DNA of 64,000 bases from Cyanidioschyzon merolae (taxonomy: Eukaryota). Below the pieces are notes generated by a model. It saw nothing but the letters and a program-made list of their open reading frames with translations. It had not been told where the DNA came from and made no database searches. Made by a program: the position numbers and the translations under genes. Positions 53,377 through 64,000 of the stretch are shown here, one piece after another; position 1 is the stretch's first letter; every line of letters starts with the position of its first letter. The stretch is from assembly GCA_000091205.1 (NCBI GenBank), contig AP006499.2; one strand, 5' to 3'.

Positions 53377-55414
53377 TCTCTTCTCGAGGTCTTTGCACAA
53401 GCGGCTTCGTTGCTGTCCACGGAACGGTGCGTTGTTCGCTCCAAAAACGTCAGCTGGGTGCGCCGTGCAGCCGCAGACCCTTATGGACAGCGCCGTTGGA
53501 CTGAACGTCTCAGTTTTTCAGCTGAAACTGACGTGGAAGGCGGCCTTTCTTATCCGTTATGTGATCGGGTCTTTGAAAAGCACGGCACTCTATGACGCCT
53601 TCCATGTCTGCCACCAGAGCGACTACATCATGACATTATTATGGTGCTGGCTTCGAAACTGTGCTTCCGGGGTTGAACTTTCGATTATGGCACGTGCATG
53701 GAAATCGTTGGATGCATCAGTCGCAAACGCGAGAGATGTATAGACTTCCTGGTAATTTACGGCGACGCGTTACACGTGTATCGTATAAAAACGGAACGCT
53801 GAACTGTTTGCTCTGTTCACGGGTTTCATGGGTTTCCGAGCTTCTTCGTAGATATGCGTCCACGACATGCCAAATGCGGGTATAAGGACGTTGGGATTTA
53901 TACGCAGTTTCACGATTCTCGGTCGACGAGTTCGGAGTGGATCCTTTGACGCTTTGCCTCTGGCATTCGTTACGTCAGCAGAGTCAAGGTGATTGGCGGC
54001 GGCATTGAAAAACGGTTCATAAAATAACCGATATCTTTACCCAGTGCATGCGCACAAGCTTCTACTCTCATTCTATCCATGTGTGTTGGATGCACAAATC
54101 ACAGATTCTTCAAGTCTTCGATCGTTCTGTTTCAAGGCAACTCGTGGGCGCAGCAACTCGAGCCGCTGGATTGTCGACGTAAAGTACCCGACGGAGTCAC
54201 TTGACGACTTGTTCACAGGTTCATGCTGAAAGTTCACTGCGCGTCTTACGTCAAATAGCAATCGATTCCGTTCGAAATACAAGTCCTCATCTTTTTCAAC
54301 AATCGACGAAATGACATTCGACACGAACAACGCATTCCCTCTCATGGGGTAAGCTCCAACTGGATCCTGCTTCTTTCGTTTGTAAGAAAAAGGGACTTGA
54401 ACTCGGACTTGAGTCATTGCAGCGATCGCTTTCCAGAGGAGAGCCCGCGGCACCGCTTGGTACGAAGAGAGCGTCGACGGATCGAGGCGTTCGGCTTGTT
54501 CTCAACCAGGATAGATTTCCTTCCAGGTCTCGTCTCATCATAGAGACCGTTCAGCTCCGCAAATCTTCTATCGATTCGTGTAGCGTGCGCTTGCCTGTGC
54601 CGCATCTCGAGAACGTACCATGGAAATCGCCCAAATGAATCTCTTTTTCGTAGGATACGGCACCGGGTACGGAAACCGTGCAGGGCATCGAGGCGAGCAT
54701 GCTTTACCCGTCAACGGCATGTACCGAGCGACGAATCACGCGTCCACTTGCCACTGGGCGGTGCCCTGACTAGATGTAGTGGCATGGAACGGGCCACACC
54801 CGACCACAATGAAGCGTCACCGCCGCGAAGGGTGCACCTAATATATCTCCAAATGAGATGGAAGTGGCACGCGATGTGAAGATCACAACGTTCGCTCGTG
54901 TCGATGAAATGCGACACCAACAACCGGAAGCGGCGAAACCGCGTCTTGGACGCCCGCATCAACATCCATCGACTGCTGGCGATGGAGCTAGAGCAAGAGA
55001 CTGGCGTATGCAAAGCCGGAGATGAGACAGAGAGAGGAATTCGAAGCAATGGCCGAAAATGCCCGCAAACGTCCGTGTTAATGACATTGCCACGAGGCCG
55101 AAGCTTTAGCATGTACGCCCGTCGCTGACGACCAGTGCCATTTTCGTCGGGAATAGGTGTAGGAGCCAAAACAGAGAACTGAGTTCCCCGCGCACACGCC
55201 CCAACATCCAAATCGTTCCAGAACGGCATTCTGTTCAGAAATCGAGTCTTGATCAGTCTGGCGACCACGGCGATTGCAAGCCTATCACGAACAGCGTTTA
55301 GAGCGAGGTCGGCCTCATCGTGCTGTGGCGGGTTTGGCTCGCAGCCTGCTCAAAAACCAGTGACGAGAAACGATGCAAAGCACGAGCGAAACTGCTTCAA
55401 ACACTCCGCGTTTT

Positions 55415-58400
55415 CTAGTAGGTGTGCGCCCACTCCCATTCTCCCAGCATTCGATGCTGTTTCTCGGCTTCGTTTGAGGCGAGTTTCCGTTGAACGAGCT
55501 TGTGCAACGTCACCAAGTACTCGATATAGCTTGGTGCGTAGCTCATGCGGTCCTCAATAAGCAGTTGCATAAAAGTCTGCTCAGCTGGCGAACGCTGACT
55601 GACCATATCCGGTGACAACAGACCGGGAAACAGAGCATAGAGTCGTTCCATAACTGGCACCGGCAGACCGGCAAGGCCCGCGTACACACCCGGCACGGAC
55701 TGTTGCTGGTCGGGGTTCACGAATTCACCAATCCAGAGCAAGCAATGCCAACCATCGAGCAGCAGCCACGCGCTGTCTGGCCCGAGACGTTCACTCGTGA
55801 GCGCTTGCAGAGGCGGGAGCTTTGCTGCTCCGTCGGGAGCCGCTGCGAGCTGAGCGTCGGTCTCGCTGGTTGCAGCACTTGGCGGAGCGGCTATCGCTCT
55901 GGGGCCTGCGGGCGAGTTCCACGACACCAGCGAAGGACTCGGCACGCCAGTCGCTTCCCGCGACACCACCCCGGTACCAGGTATCGGAGTGCCGACCATT
56001 GGATCCAGGACGGTGCTGTTCAGGGCATCGAACATCAGCGGGTGCATGGCAGCCTGCATCGACAAAAGCGAACTCGCCATGAACTGATGCAAGCGATATG
56101 CACGCTCATCAGGAGCAACCTGCTCCGCGCGAAATGCTGCACTCTTCAGCAGGCCCAGTGTGTAAATAGGTCCCAGTTTCAGAGCTTCTGGTAATATCAG
56201 CTGCCCAGGACTCGATCGTGATGCACAATACCGGCGATACACAAAAAGCATATCCACAAGTTGTTCCGTGAGGTGATCACGCAGCTTCGGTAGCAATCCA
56301 CCAGCCTGAACGCGAGCGGCAGCACTGCGTGCGAGCCACCCCATCAGACACGTCACATCCAGCGTTCGAAAAAGCTGCCCCAGCAGCGTGGTGCACGGAG
56401 CGGCGAGCGTATGCACACGCACGCGACGTGTCCGATCACCGGGATGCGTGAACAGCACCGCCACCTGCACGCACACGCATGGCGATACGGCGCTGTCTGC
56501 CGCAGTCGATGCATGCGCTTCCGCAGCGCTCGCCTCAGCGTCATCGCCAGTGCCAGAACGCTGATGCAGAAGCGGATGCGTAACGATACCCTCGGAGAGA
56601 TCGTGACGGATGGCAACATACAGGTTGGTGCTCGTGCTCATGACCGGTATGTAGATATCGGGTCTGTCGGTACCTGGTGGCCGGAAACTTCCCAGATGCT
56701 CGCCCGTGGTGATGCCCGGCGAGCAGCGTACCCGCAGGACTGCCTCCAGGGCACGCACGGCGCGAATGGCATGGATCAGATCACGCTGGAGGCCTGCTAC
56801 ATCGCGGCCCTGTTGGTAATAGAAGAGCTTGCCTCCGCAGTGCTCGGTGAGCGTTCGTAGTGTAGCGAGATCGAAATACGGGAGCGGACGAGGAGTCGCT
56901 GTACCCGGGAACATGCCCGGGTGGAGGAAGAGATCCAGTGTGATTTGGGCATCTGCGAGACGCTTGCCTAATGCCGCAAAAGCGTCGTTCGCAGGTTGTA
57001 ACAGCCAGCGCTCTCGGTCCATGCTGGATTTCCATTTTTGGTGGCTGCTGCGAGTGTCGAGCTCCAGCCACCGATTCCGAAGGGCCAAGCCTGCACGATG
57101 CGGGCCTAGGGATAACCCACTGGAGATGGCGAGGATTTTACCGCCGCCGATCGACGGGTCCTCGAGCAGCTCCGCTGCAGCAAGCACACCGGCAAAGATA
57201 TGTGAACCGGGGCTCTCCGACTCAGCAGTTGTGTACCAGTCCGTGCGCTGGATATATTCAGCGATGGCTGGCCAGTACTCAAGGTCCGGTGACTGCAAAA
57301 GTTGCGTCGGAGGCACCGGCAAGAATGGTTCCTGTATGTCCGGAAGGATGATTTCCTGGACAGATCCAGAAGGCTGGATCGGAAACAGGTGCAAGCAGCC
57401 AGCGCTCGTGACAATAAGTGCTAGTCGTGCTCGGTGGAGCGCCAGACTCTCCGCGAGCAGCTCGCGGAAGGCTGCGTAGGGCAGCAGGGAACCGAGGCTT
57501 GGTGCGTCCGCGACCAAGACGAAAACTGGTTCACTGGTCCGTCCCTGATGACCATAGACCTCCTCCGGGACGATGTACTCGACGGAGCCGTGACTCAGTT
57601 CTAATCGATTGGCAAAGTCGACAGGCAACTGAGTGACAGGATCAAGTGGTACGAAACGATCGACGTCGACAGCGTTCAGATGATGACATAGGTTACAGAT
57701 AAAAGAACGGCCGCTGTCTACATACCGAATCCCGACGTTGAGATACGCCTGGCAGCGAGAGCATCGCACCGGTCCATGCGGTCTTGTATCGATGACTGGT
57801 GGGGGTTTTTCGTCTGTAGCGTCGGCAAAAGGCGCGACGTAGACTGCGAGCGGAATACCGCTGGAGCGGGCCAAGTCCGGAGTGCGCGGCACGCTCCCTA
57901 CAGTCCAACGCACATAGCGTGGTCGTGCGTTGCCTCGATCAATCTGGAAGGTGTCGACGGCTTCACGAAATGATGGCGATAACGAAGGCGTCTCCGCTTG
58001 CGTTCCTCGACCGTATTCGTGTCTGCATACGAGCACGGGGCGAGAGCGATCGATGTAGTCTCGGTCGATACCGGCGGGTCGTGGAACATCGCTCGGGCTG
58101 AGCTTGGAGGCACCCGACGGTGGACTTGTAGATTGACCTGGTGACGTAAGCGGTTGTTGTCCGCCGTTTGCGGTCCATGGGTCTCTTTGACTTGGGACAG
58201 ATGAAAAAGCACTCGCGTCTGCGCCAGTTGTCATCCAGCCGTGGACGGTTCCAGCTACACCGCTTCGTGATCGCACTTGATACGAGTTGGATCCCATGGC
58301 TTGCGCATTTGCTGCTTGCGGAAACGCCCCAGGGTGTCCAGGATTCCCTGCGACTGGCCACCTCATCGATTGCGCCTGCGGCAGCGAGCTTTGGATGACG

Positions 58401-58789
58401 GCCGCACCGGGATGCTGGCCGCCAGGGACACCTGCTCCGCGGGGGACGGCGGGCTGCGGACCCCAGTCTCCGCCGGCAGGATGTCGCGAGGTCCCCAGAG
58501 CGCTCTGCGCGCCTTGCACTGCAGCTTGCAGTACTTGACTACGCTCTCCCAACACCGGACGAAGGCGGCCAGTTAGCTGCGCATTGGGAGCTGGCGCCGC
58601 AGCACGCCCTGCCGAGAAAGACTCCGCTGGCGCGTAGTGGGCTCCCTGTACCATACCAGGTGTCGGACTCTGAACACCCCGCTGCACACCCATAGTTCCT
58701 GCCGGTTCATTGGACTGAACAGTGTCCGATGCGGGTCCAGCGCCGGGTTCTCGAGGCCTTGGCCAAGGCGGCCCGGGCGGAGCGTGCAT
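55415..58789 (-). CDS. SEC24: COPII coat subunit Sec24 (Sec23/24 zinc finger, trunk, beta-sandwich, helical domains) with Pro/Gln/Gly-rich N-terminal region
   Basis: Zinc finger CSRCQAYLN...CNLCHHLN. Long low-complexity N-terminus typical of Sec24. Conserved trunk region (PVFVLVADAPS..., RTDWYTTAE). Track ORF begins at TTG 58822; first ATG is at 58789. Confidence 0.85.
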   Translation of the reverse strand: MHAPPGPPWPRPREPGAGPASDTVQSNEPAGTMGVQRGVQSPTPGMVQGAHYAPAESFSAGRAAAPAPNAQLTGRLRPVLGERSQVLQAAVQGAQSALGTSRHPAGGDWGPQPAVPRGAGVPGGQHPGAAVIQSSLPQAQSMRWPVAGNPGHPGAFPQAANAQAMGSNSYQVRSRSGVAGTVHGWMTTGADASAFSSVPSQRDPWTANGGQQPLTSPGQSTSPPSGASKLSPSDVPRPAGIDRDYIDRSRPVLVCRHEYGRGTQAETPSLSPSFREAVDTFQIDRGNARPRYVRWTVGSVPRTPDLARSSGIPLAVYVAPFADATDEKPPPVIDTRPHGPVRCSRCQAYLNVGIRYVDSGRSFICNLCHHLNAVDVDRFVPLDPVTQLPVDFANRLELSHGSVEYIVPEEVYGHQGRTSEPVFVLVADAPSLGSLLPYAAFRELLAESLALHRARLALIVTSAGCLHLFPIQPSGSVQEIILPDIQEPFLPVPPTQLLQSPDLEYWPAIAEYIQRTDWYTTAESESPGSHIFAGVLAAAELLEDPSIGGGKILAISSGLSLGPHRAGLALRNRWLELDTRSSHQKWKSSMDRERWLLQPANDAFAALGKRLADAQITLDLFLHPGMFPGTATPRPLPYFDLATLRTLTEHCGGKLFYYQQGRDVAGLQRDLIHAIRAVRALEAVLRVRCSPGITTGEHLGSFRPPGTDRPDIYIPVMSTSTNLYVAIRHDLSEGIVTHPLLHQRSGTGDDAEASAAEAHASTAADSAVSPCVCVQVAVLFTHPGDRTRRVRVHTLAAPCTTLLGQLFRTLDVTCLMGWLARSAAARVQAGGLLPKLRDHLTEQLVDMLFVYRRYCASRSSPGQLILPEALKLGPIYTLGLLKSAAFRAEQVAPDERAYRLHQFMASSLLSMQAAMHPLMFDALNSTVLDPMVGTPIPGTGVVSREATGVPSPSLVSWNSPAGPRAIAAPPSAATSETDAQLAAAPDGAAKLPPLQALTSERLGPDSAWLLLDGWHCLLWIGEFVNPDQQQSVPGVYAGLAGLPVPVMERLYALFPGLLSPDMVSQRSPAEQTFMQLLIEDRMSYAPSYIEYLVTLHKLVQRKLASNEAEKQHRMLGEWEWAHTY

Positions 58790-59414
58790 CGTTTCCAGCA
58801 GGTTTACACGCAGCGCACCCAAGTGCCGTTACCAAGCAAGTCGCTCCACCACTTTGCGAATGGGCACTTTGACTAGGAGGCGTGCCTCTCGCACAAAGGA
58901 TGTGCTTCGGAACCAGTTTTTGGCTCGTTTGCAAGCGGGTAGCACCCGAAACTAGAGCGCGTGCACAACAATGCGTTGTCGACCAGGCGAGGGTTCATCG
59001 TTCGGCAAGCGGCCTCTGCTGCAGCGCAGGGTGCCCCAATGGTGGTCAAAATGCGAAACTCTGCTTGCATGCAGAATTGGCGCGAATGGATACGCCTTTG
59101 ATCGAACGGGCGTCGTTTCGCGAAGCACCTCCGGGGGGATATTCGGTGCGGGTCTGGTGCGGGTGCGTCTGTATGAGCGTACATCGTCTCTTGCACTGAA
59201 CACGCGGCGACTTGCTCTGGGATAGCCTCTGAGGTCAGCGGAGCGGGTGACTGGCAGCACCTTTCCTTCCAGGGGCTGTGCTGGAACGCGCTTAGACTGG
59301 CTGTGGGGCACCGTTTCAGGTCCCTGGGTTGCGTGGCTGGCGGCACCGTGCACGGCGGACTCGCGCGGGGTATAGCGGCTTCGCGAGTAGTTCTCGATAG
59401 GGAGCGGCTCTCTT

Positions 59415-60041
59415 ATGGCCGAGCTTTTGGGAGAGCGGGCCGGTACTCGCGGGCCCACGCTTGCGGAACTGGAGTTTTTCGCAGAGGACTCCTTGGTGAC
59501 CGTGATCCCACGGGTAAACTTGTCTCGGATCGAGCTCATCGCTGGCGACTTTGGACCTTTCACCGTCAACGAGGCGTGTGCAGTACCATTGTGGCTCGCT
59601 GTGTGCTTGAAACGAGCGGGCTATTGTTCTATCGTGCCTCCGTCGTGGTTACGGCTGAAAGCGCTCACGGCCGCGCGCGAGGAAGAAGAGCAATCCCCGG
59701 AGCTGAGCGCGAGCCTACCTTTTCATTATCAACAGATAGCGTCCTTGTTACTGACCCATGCCGCTGCTGATATTCCTCAGGCTTGTCACATTCATGAGGT
59801 GTTGGAGGATATCGTGACGGTGCGTCAGGGAAAGATCCGAGCGCTTCTCCAACGAATAGTCAGCGAGCACGAGGCCACCCGGCCAGCGCGTCTCGGGTAC
59901 CTCGGATCCATTGAGTTATTTCGCTTCAGACCAGCTCTTGTGCATAGCCTGCGTACACAGAGCTCCTTACACTCTGAGAGCGCAGCGGATCACCACTGGC
60001 CGGAGGATCGCGATTTCAGCTCCATGACCGGATCGCTTTAG
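59415..60041 (+). CDS. PSF2: GINS complex subunit Psf2
   Basis: LAELEFFAEDSLVTVIPRVNLSRIELIAGDFGPFTVNEACAVPLWLAVCLKRAGYCSIVPPSWL matches the Psf2 consensus (EFLAE.ELV.I.P.F....LI.GD.GPF.P..P.EVPLWLA..LK.R.KC.I.PP.W). ATG start. Confidence 0.8.
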   Translation: MAELLGERAGTRGPTLAELEFFAEDSLVTVIPRVNLSRIELIAGDFGPFTVNEACAVPLWLAVCLKRAGYCSIVPPSWLRLKALTAAREEEEQSPELSASLPFHYQQIASLLLTHAAADIPQACHIHEVLEDIVTVRQGKIRALLQRIVSEHEATRPARLGYLGSIELFRFRPALVHSLRTQSSLHSESAADHHWPEDRDFSSMTGSL

Positions 60042-60401
60042 GGGTACCGTGGTGTTTGTTTCCCAGCAACCTGCGTGAGTCGAGCCCAGTAGGTGCGATT
60101 CCACTCTCCGGCGAGACCGGCAGCGTCGATACTGTCATGGCTTGCCGCCTTGTCTCTCACGCATGCCTGTAAAGTGCTCGGCAGAAACACCGTTGATTTC
60201 GTCGTCTCTGAATCGAACAATGCTGAGCTTTCCAGCGTTTCTCTAGGGTGCGCTCCAGCGATGCAGCGAGGGGAACCTTTCGCCCTAAAGCCGCCCAGAG
60301 GCCGGTGAGTGTGTGCATTTAGACCCTGCTGATGGAACCGTTATCTTCTCTATACAGCTATTCGAGAACTAGGACGCTCCAGTGCATTGCCTGGAGTGAC
60401 A

Positions 60402-60417
60402 CACACACACACACACG
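60402..60417. repeat. (CA)8 dinucleotide microsatellite
   Basis: cacacacacacacaca read directly. Confidence 0.85.
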
Positions 60418-62949
60418 GAGTATTCAGAGCGTTCCGAGGGACCTCAGCGACAAAGGGCGCTCTCTGGACAGCGGGCACCACAGTCTCTTCGCTGTGCTAC
60501 TGCGGACGATGCTGAAGAGCTCATTGCGCAAACTGCTCACGTGACGATCACCTTGAGTTTTCGCTCCAGCTGATGAAATACGCACACGCGGGTTCGAACG
60601 TATTTCGCGGTGTACCTGGTCAGCATCGGTAGCGTGTCCTGAAAGCTGTTAGAATGGTGAGTCACTGCTTCTGCTGCATGCTTATTTTTCAAAGATATTC
60701 CAACTATATGATGGTTAGAGGTCTGGCTGCTATGCCCAGCGTCACTGTTTACGTCCATTTCTCGAAAAAATGGGGTGTCGCCGACTCCGAGACGCGGACC
60801 CAGGTAGAGACGCTTCCAAAGCGAGATCATGGGCGCTCTCCCACAGACCTTCTCTGTGAAAGTGCACCCACTGCCGGGATCGAATTCGCCGGCAGAGACC
60901 AAGTGCGAGCTCCCGGTACCTAGATTGCAAGCGTCGGACCATAGAATATTTATGGTCTAAATAGTCCTGAACCGTATGATGGGACAGCAGCAGCTCGATT
61001 TCCTCTCTCCAGATTGCTGATGAGTGGTCCCAGCGCCAGCCGCTGGAAACCTGACGGTGACCAAACTTGACCTGGAATCTTGCGCAGTGCACTGCATCCC
61101 CTGTTCATGCTGCAGCGTGGACGCTGCGTCAAACCCTTGCATAGAGCTTGACTTGCGGTCCGGAACGCATTCGCCACGATCCTGCGTATCGGTTCAGTGC
61201 AGATGGTACGTGCTCAAACGCTCCATTTATATAAAGTACTATCGAATCATGGAGCTCTACTATCGATCTTTACTTGCATAGGGGGCCGTTCTCAGCACGG
61301 TCACATTCGGCGCTCCAGACTGCCTGCATTGCGGACCGTCCCTCAGCAGTGCCTTGCGCTTGCCGAGCATCCAGGTCTTTCGCTCGTCGCCAGTGATTTT
61401 TTCGTGGCAAGGCTTCAACGTTTCAAGTCAACGCCTGAGCAGAGTACTTTGTGATTCCGTTGGATGTTCGCTGGACACAGAGCCCATAGATGCTCCTGAA
61501 GCACGGAGCGTTTGCGGATGTTGATGGCGGTGTTCAAGTCTCCGTGCAGAATATGCGTTCTCGCGTGGTGACTGCTAGACGCATACCATAACATGCTTCT
61601 AATTTTCGATTGTAACGCCATCTGCCGCTAGCTGAGCCTCCCAACAGCAAACTTGTGCATCCCGTGATGTTTCACACTTTGGTTTCCTTTCTACAACAGG
61701 AAGCACCTGTGCTCCCAACGCATGAATGCCGCCCAGAATGCATCCATGGGGATCGTACGGAATCGATTCCTGCACTCGTTGGGTGCTCTCGTCGATGAAG
61801 CGGCAGTGCAGCGCTCGTGCCCTACAACACGTCCAGCGCTACAGCCTATCGCCAAACAGCACGACTTGTGCGTCATTTCCTGTTCCGATTCTTCGGTAAC
61901 GTTTCCGCATGCCCGCTTGTTGCTGCTGCCGCCATGGTACCGATCCCTTTCGCGATCCTAGAGCGCTCACGTATACTCCTGACAGAGAACGTACGCGTGA
62001 GCTGTTTGGATGTAGATGCACGTCCTGATTGGAGTGTACAGGGTATCTCGACCGTGTCGATAAAGCGTTCAGGGAGTCTAGAGCGATCCTGGCGCTTCAT
62101 GACACGCGCTGGAATGGCTCCTGGTGGACATCATACCGAACCGCCAATGATACCGAGCCTGGAAAAATTGAACAGATCAGTCTGCTTTCTTTCTGAAGTG
62201 TTCGCCCTCGTCCTCTATGTTCAGAGGCAAGGCGACGGCCATGATGCCCTTCAAAACGGGATCCACGCGCACCATGAAGAGTCTCTCTTCATCTACCTTG
62301 ATCAATTCCAAATGAGTATCTTTGCTAGACTCAGATCTTGGTTTCACAACATACATGCAGTGTGAAATGCTGTCAATCTCCATAGACCAGTGAGCGTCGT
62401 TCCATCTATTTCCTGTAAACGAGAAGCCTTGAACGAGCTCCGCCAATACAGTTTGCAGCGTAGCTCGATCATTTCATACTGTCTCGCAGAGAGCAGCCTT
62501 TTCTTCGCTTTCTATCCTACTCGGCCAGGTGGCGTGAGCGCAATAACCTAACACAATATCCATTTCTTTCTCGGGATTCAGACACAATAAGTGGACGATG
62601 CGGCCTGACCTCGCCTTTTCAATGTCTGCATGTATCTATTCTTGCTTAAGAACATTTTCGCCACCGTCGTGAGCACACAATCGGACCGAAACGCGCATTT
62701 CCTCTCCCGTCCGCGCACGCCTTCAAACCCTGCAAAGCAGATCAGAGCTGGTGAAGATCGAGAGCAAATTTTCAAAGAATGGAATTACGAATGCGAATGA
62801 CTCGTCTATGAATCCGTGAGCGCCTAAAAGGTGCTCCGCAACTGGGAAGCCGCCTTCGATTGGATTGAACTAGGGAGAAGAGGTTGAAATGAAGGGCGAC
62901 GCATCGCCAACCTCAGCCGCATACTCCTTGATCGCATTTGATTGATCGG

Positions 62950-63275
62950 AAGCGATGTTGTCTACGAGCAGAACAGCAGAATGTGCGAAGCAGAAGGTGT
63001 CATGAAAAATGCGTCGACAAAGGATGCGCTATCGAACAATGCTGCCCGTTGATATGCGAAGCAGAAGGTGTCATGAAAGATGCGTCGACAAAGGATGCGC
63101 CATCGAACAATGCTGCCCGTTGATATACGAAGCAGAAGGTGTCATGAAAAATGCGTCGACAAAGGATGCGCTATCGAACTATCCTGCCCGTTGATATACG
63201 AAGCAGAAGGTGTCATGAAAGATGCGTCGACAAAGGATGCGCTATCGAACTATCCTGCCCGTTGATCTACGAGGG
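62950..63275. repeat. minisatellite, 71-bp unit x about 4.5 copies
   Basis: 'cagaaggtgtcatgaaa' recurs at 62991, 63062, 63133, 63204 (period 71). Unit gcagaaggtgtcatgaaaaatgcgtcgacaaaggatgcgctatcgaacaatgctgcccgttgatatgcgaa. It creates four near-identical 61-aa ORFs in the track. Confidence 0.9.
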
Positions 63276-63674
63276 AGAAGCATGTTGTGCGCTGCTGCAA
63301 TCGCCTTGCCGTACGGAACAGCGTAACGTAGTGCGGTGCTTCTGCCGTCGGAACAGCGCACTCGGTTGCAGGACACTGGGCACCCCGCGGCACCATCATT
63401 GATTACTCGAAAACAACGAAATTTATGAATTCGTATGCCCACAACAACGGCAGCTTCATTGATTCGTTGTAAGCATATGACATTTACTGACATTTATACC
63501 TACAAGTGCGACATCGACATTGAATGTTTGTCAGTATGCGACATTTATAGAAATTAACTCCCTGACAATTCCAACTGGACATCGATCGCTCCGAGCCAAA
63601 CCGCTTCGCACACGAACGGGTACCAGGCTACGCGCCGTCGTCGAAGGTTAGAGTTCAAGGGTTCTTTCGTTTCA

Positions 63675-64000
63675 ATGGAAGCGTTTCAACCTCTTCGTTC
63701 CATAGAACATATTCCACCTGTGGAACGGAAAGGACCGGAGGAACGCTTCTGGGAAACCTTTGACGAAAAAGCCCGGATCCGCTTAACCGGCGCGGTGCAA
63801 GGAGTGCACTTCTCCCCGCTGGGTTCCAACCAGGTTGCCGTCACGGCCGAGTCGCGAGTAACCATTCTCAAATCGTCTACCGGGGATTTGATCAAGAGCT
63901 TCCCGCGTACGGACACCGTTGCCTATGCTGGCCGCTACCGTACCGACGGTAAGCTTCTCGTTGCCGGGACAGAGAGCGGGCTTGTTCACCTGTACAACGC
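63675..64000 (+). CDS. UTP15: UTP15-like U3 snoRNP WD40 protein, N-terminal 108 codons (3' end beyond window)
   Basis: Manual translation from ATG 63675 gives MEAFQPLRSIEHIPPVERKGPEERFWETFDEKARIRLTGAVQGVHFSPLGSNQVAVTAESRVTILKSSTGDLIKSFPRTDTVAYAGRYRTDGKLLVAGTESGLVHLYN. It is open to the window edge. Pattern (F.K...I..V.FSP...RV.I.....FKD.AYS..FR.DGKLL.AGDE.G.V..FD) matches UTP15. Confidence 0.55.
   Translation, partial: MEAFQPLRSIEHIPPVERKGPEERFWETFDEKARIRLTGAVQGVHFSPLGSNQVAVTAESRVTILKSSTGDLIKSFPRTDTVAYAGRYRTDGKLLVAGTESGLVHLYN

Noticed and set aside
60581-60600. Possible tRNA T-loop-like motif (gggttcgaacg). A few other ttcgaat-like matches (e.g. around 4861) were also seen.
   Set aside because: No flanking acceptor/anticodon stem structure could be built around them by eye. 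No confident tRNA call.
61817-62446. Competing ORFs 61817..62365 (+, 182 aa) and 62177..62446 (-, 89 aa) that look compositionally protein-like
   Set aside because: They are mutually overlapping. Neither matches a family I recognise. The region may hold a small intron-containing gene but I cannot support a call.
62938-63402. Four near-identical 61-aa ORFs (MRRQRMR...CHE(K/R)CVDKGCAIE...)
   Set aside because: They are produced by translating the 71-bp tandem repeat. They are not an independent gene family.

Overview
This window reads as GC-rich, intron-poor eukaryotic nuclear DNA, not a prokaryotic locus. Very large conserved proteins are encoded as single uninterrupted ORFs, on alternating strands, separated by 0.4-5 kb of non-coding DNA.

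Recognisable genes are:
- ING-type PHD-finger protein
- mannose-6-phosphate isomerase
- OST3/OST6 oligosaccharyltransferase subunit
- ISWI chromatin remodeller (1118 aa)
- NnrU-like membrane protein
- FGAM synthase (1443 aa)
- RbAp48/MSI1-like WD40 protein with large insertions
- type I membrane glycoprotein of unknown function
- acireductone dioxygenase
- DMT-superfamily transporter
- RsmE-like SPOUT methyltransferase
- tail-anchored J-domain protein
- syntaxin-like Qa-SNARE
- Snf7/ESCRT-III protein
- TFIIH subunit TFB5/p8
- PMCA-type Ca2+ ATPase
- Sec24
- GINS Psf2
- a 5'-partial UTP15-like gene at the window end

The supplied ORF track uses bacterial alternative start codons (GTG/TTG). For most calls I re-anchored the gene start to the first in-frame ATG.

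The most interesting element is a TnpB/Fanzor-like (OMEGA-family, RuvC-fold) transposon nuclease at about 47.3-49.1 kb. It sits in a visibly AT-richer island, carries RuvC-I, RuvC-II and RuvC-III motifs, and is interrupted by one in-frame stop and one frameshift, so it has either introns or decay. A second, diverged 3' fragment of the same family lies at 14.4-14.9 kb on the minus strand.

Intergenic DNA contains four unrelated minisatellite arrays (62, 70, about 88 and 71 bp units) and numerous GCN/CAG microsatellites. Several of these microsatellites run through coding regions and produce poly-Ala tracts in conserved enzymes.

No rRNA, CRISPR or convincing tRNA was found by eye.
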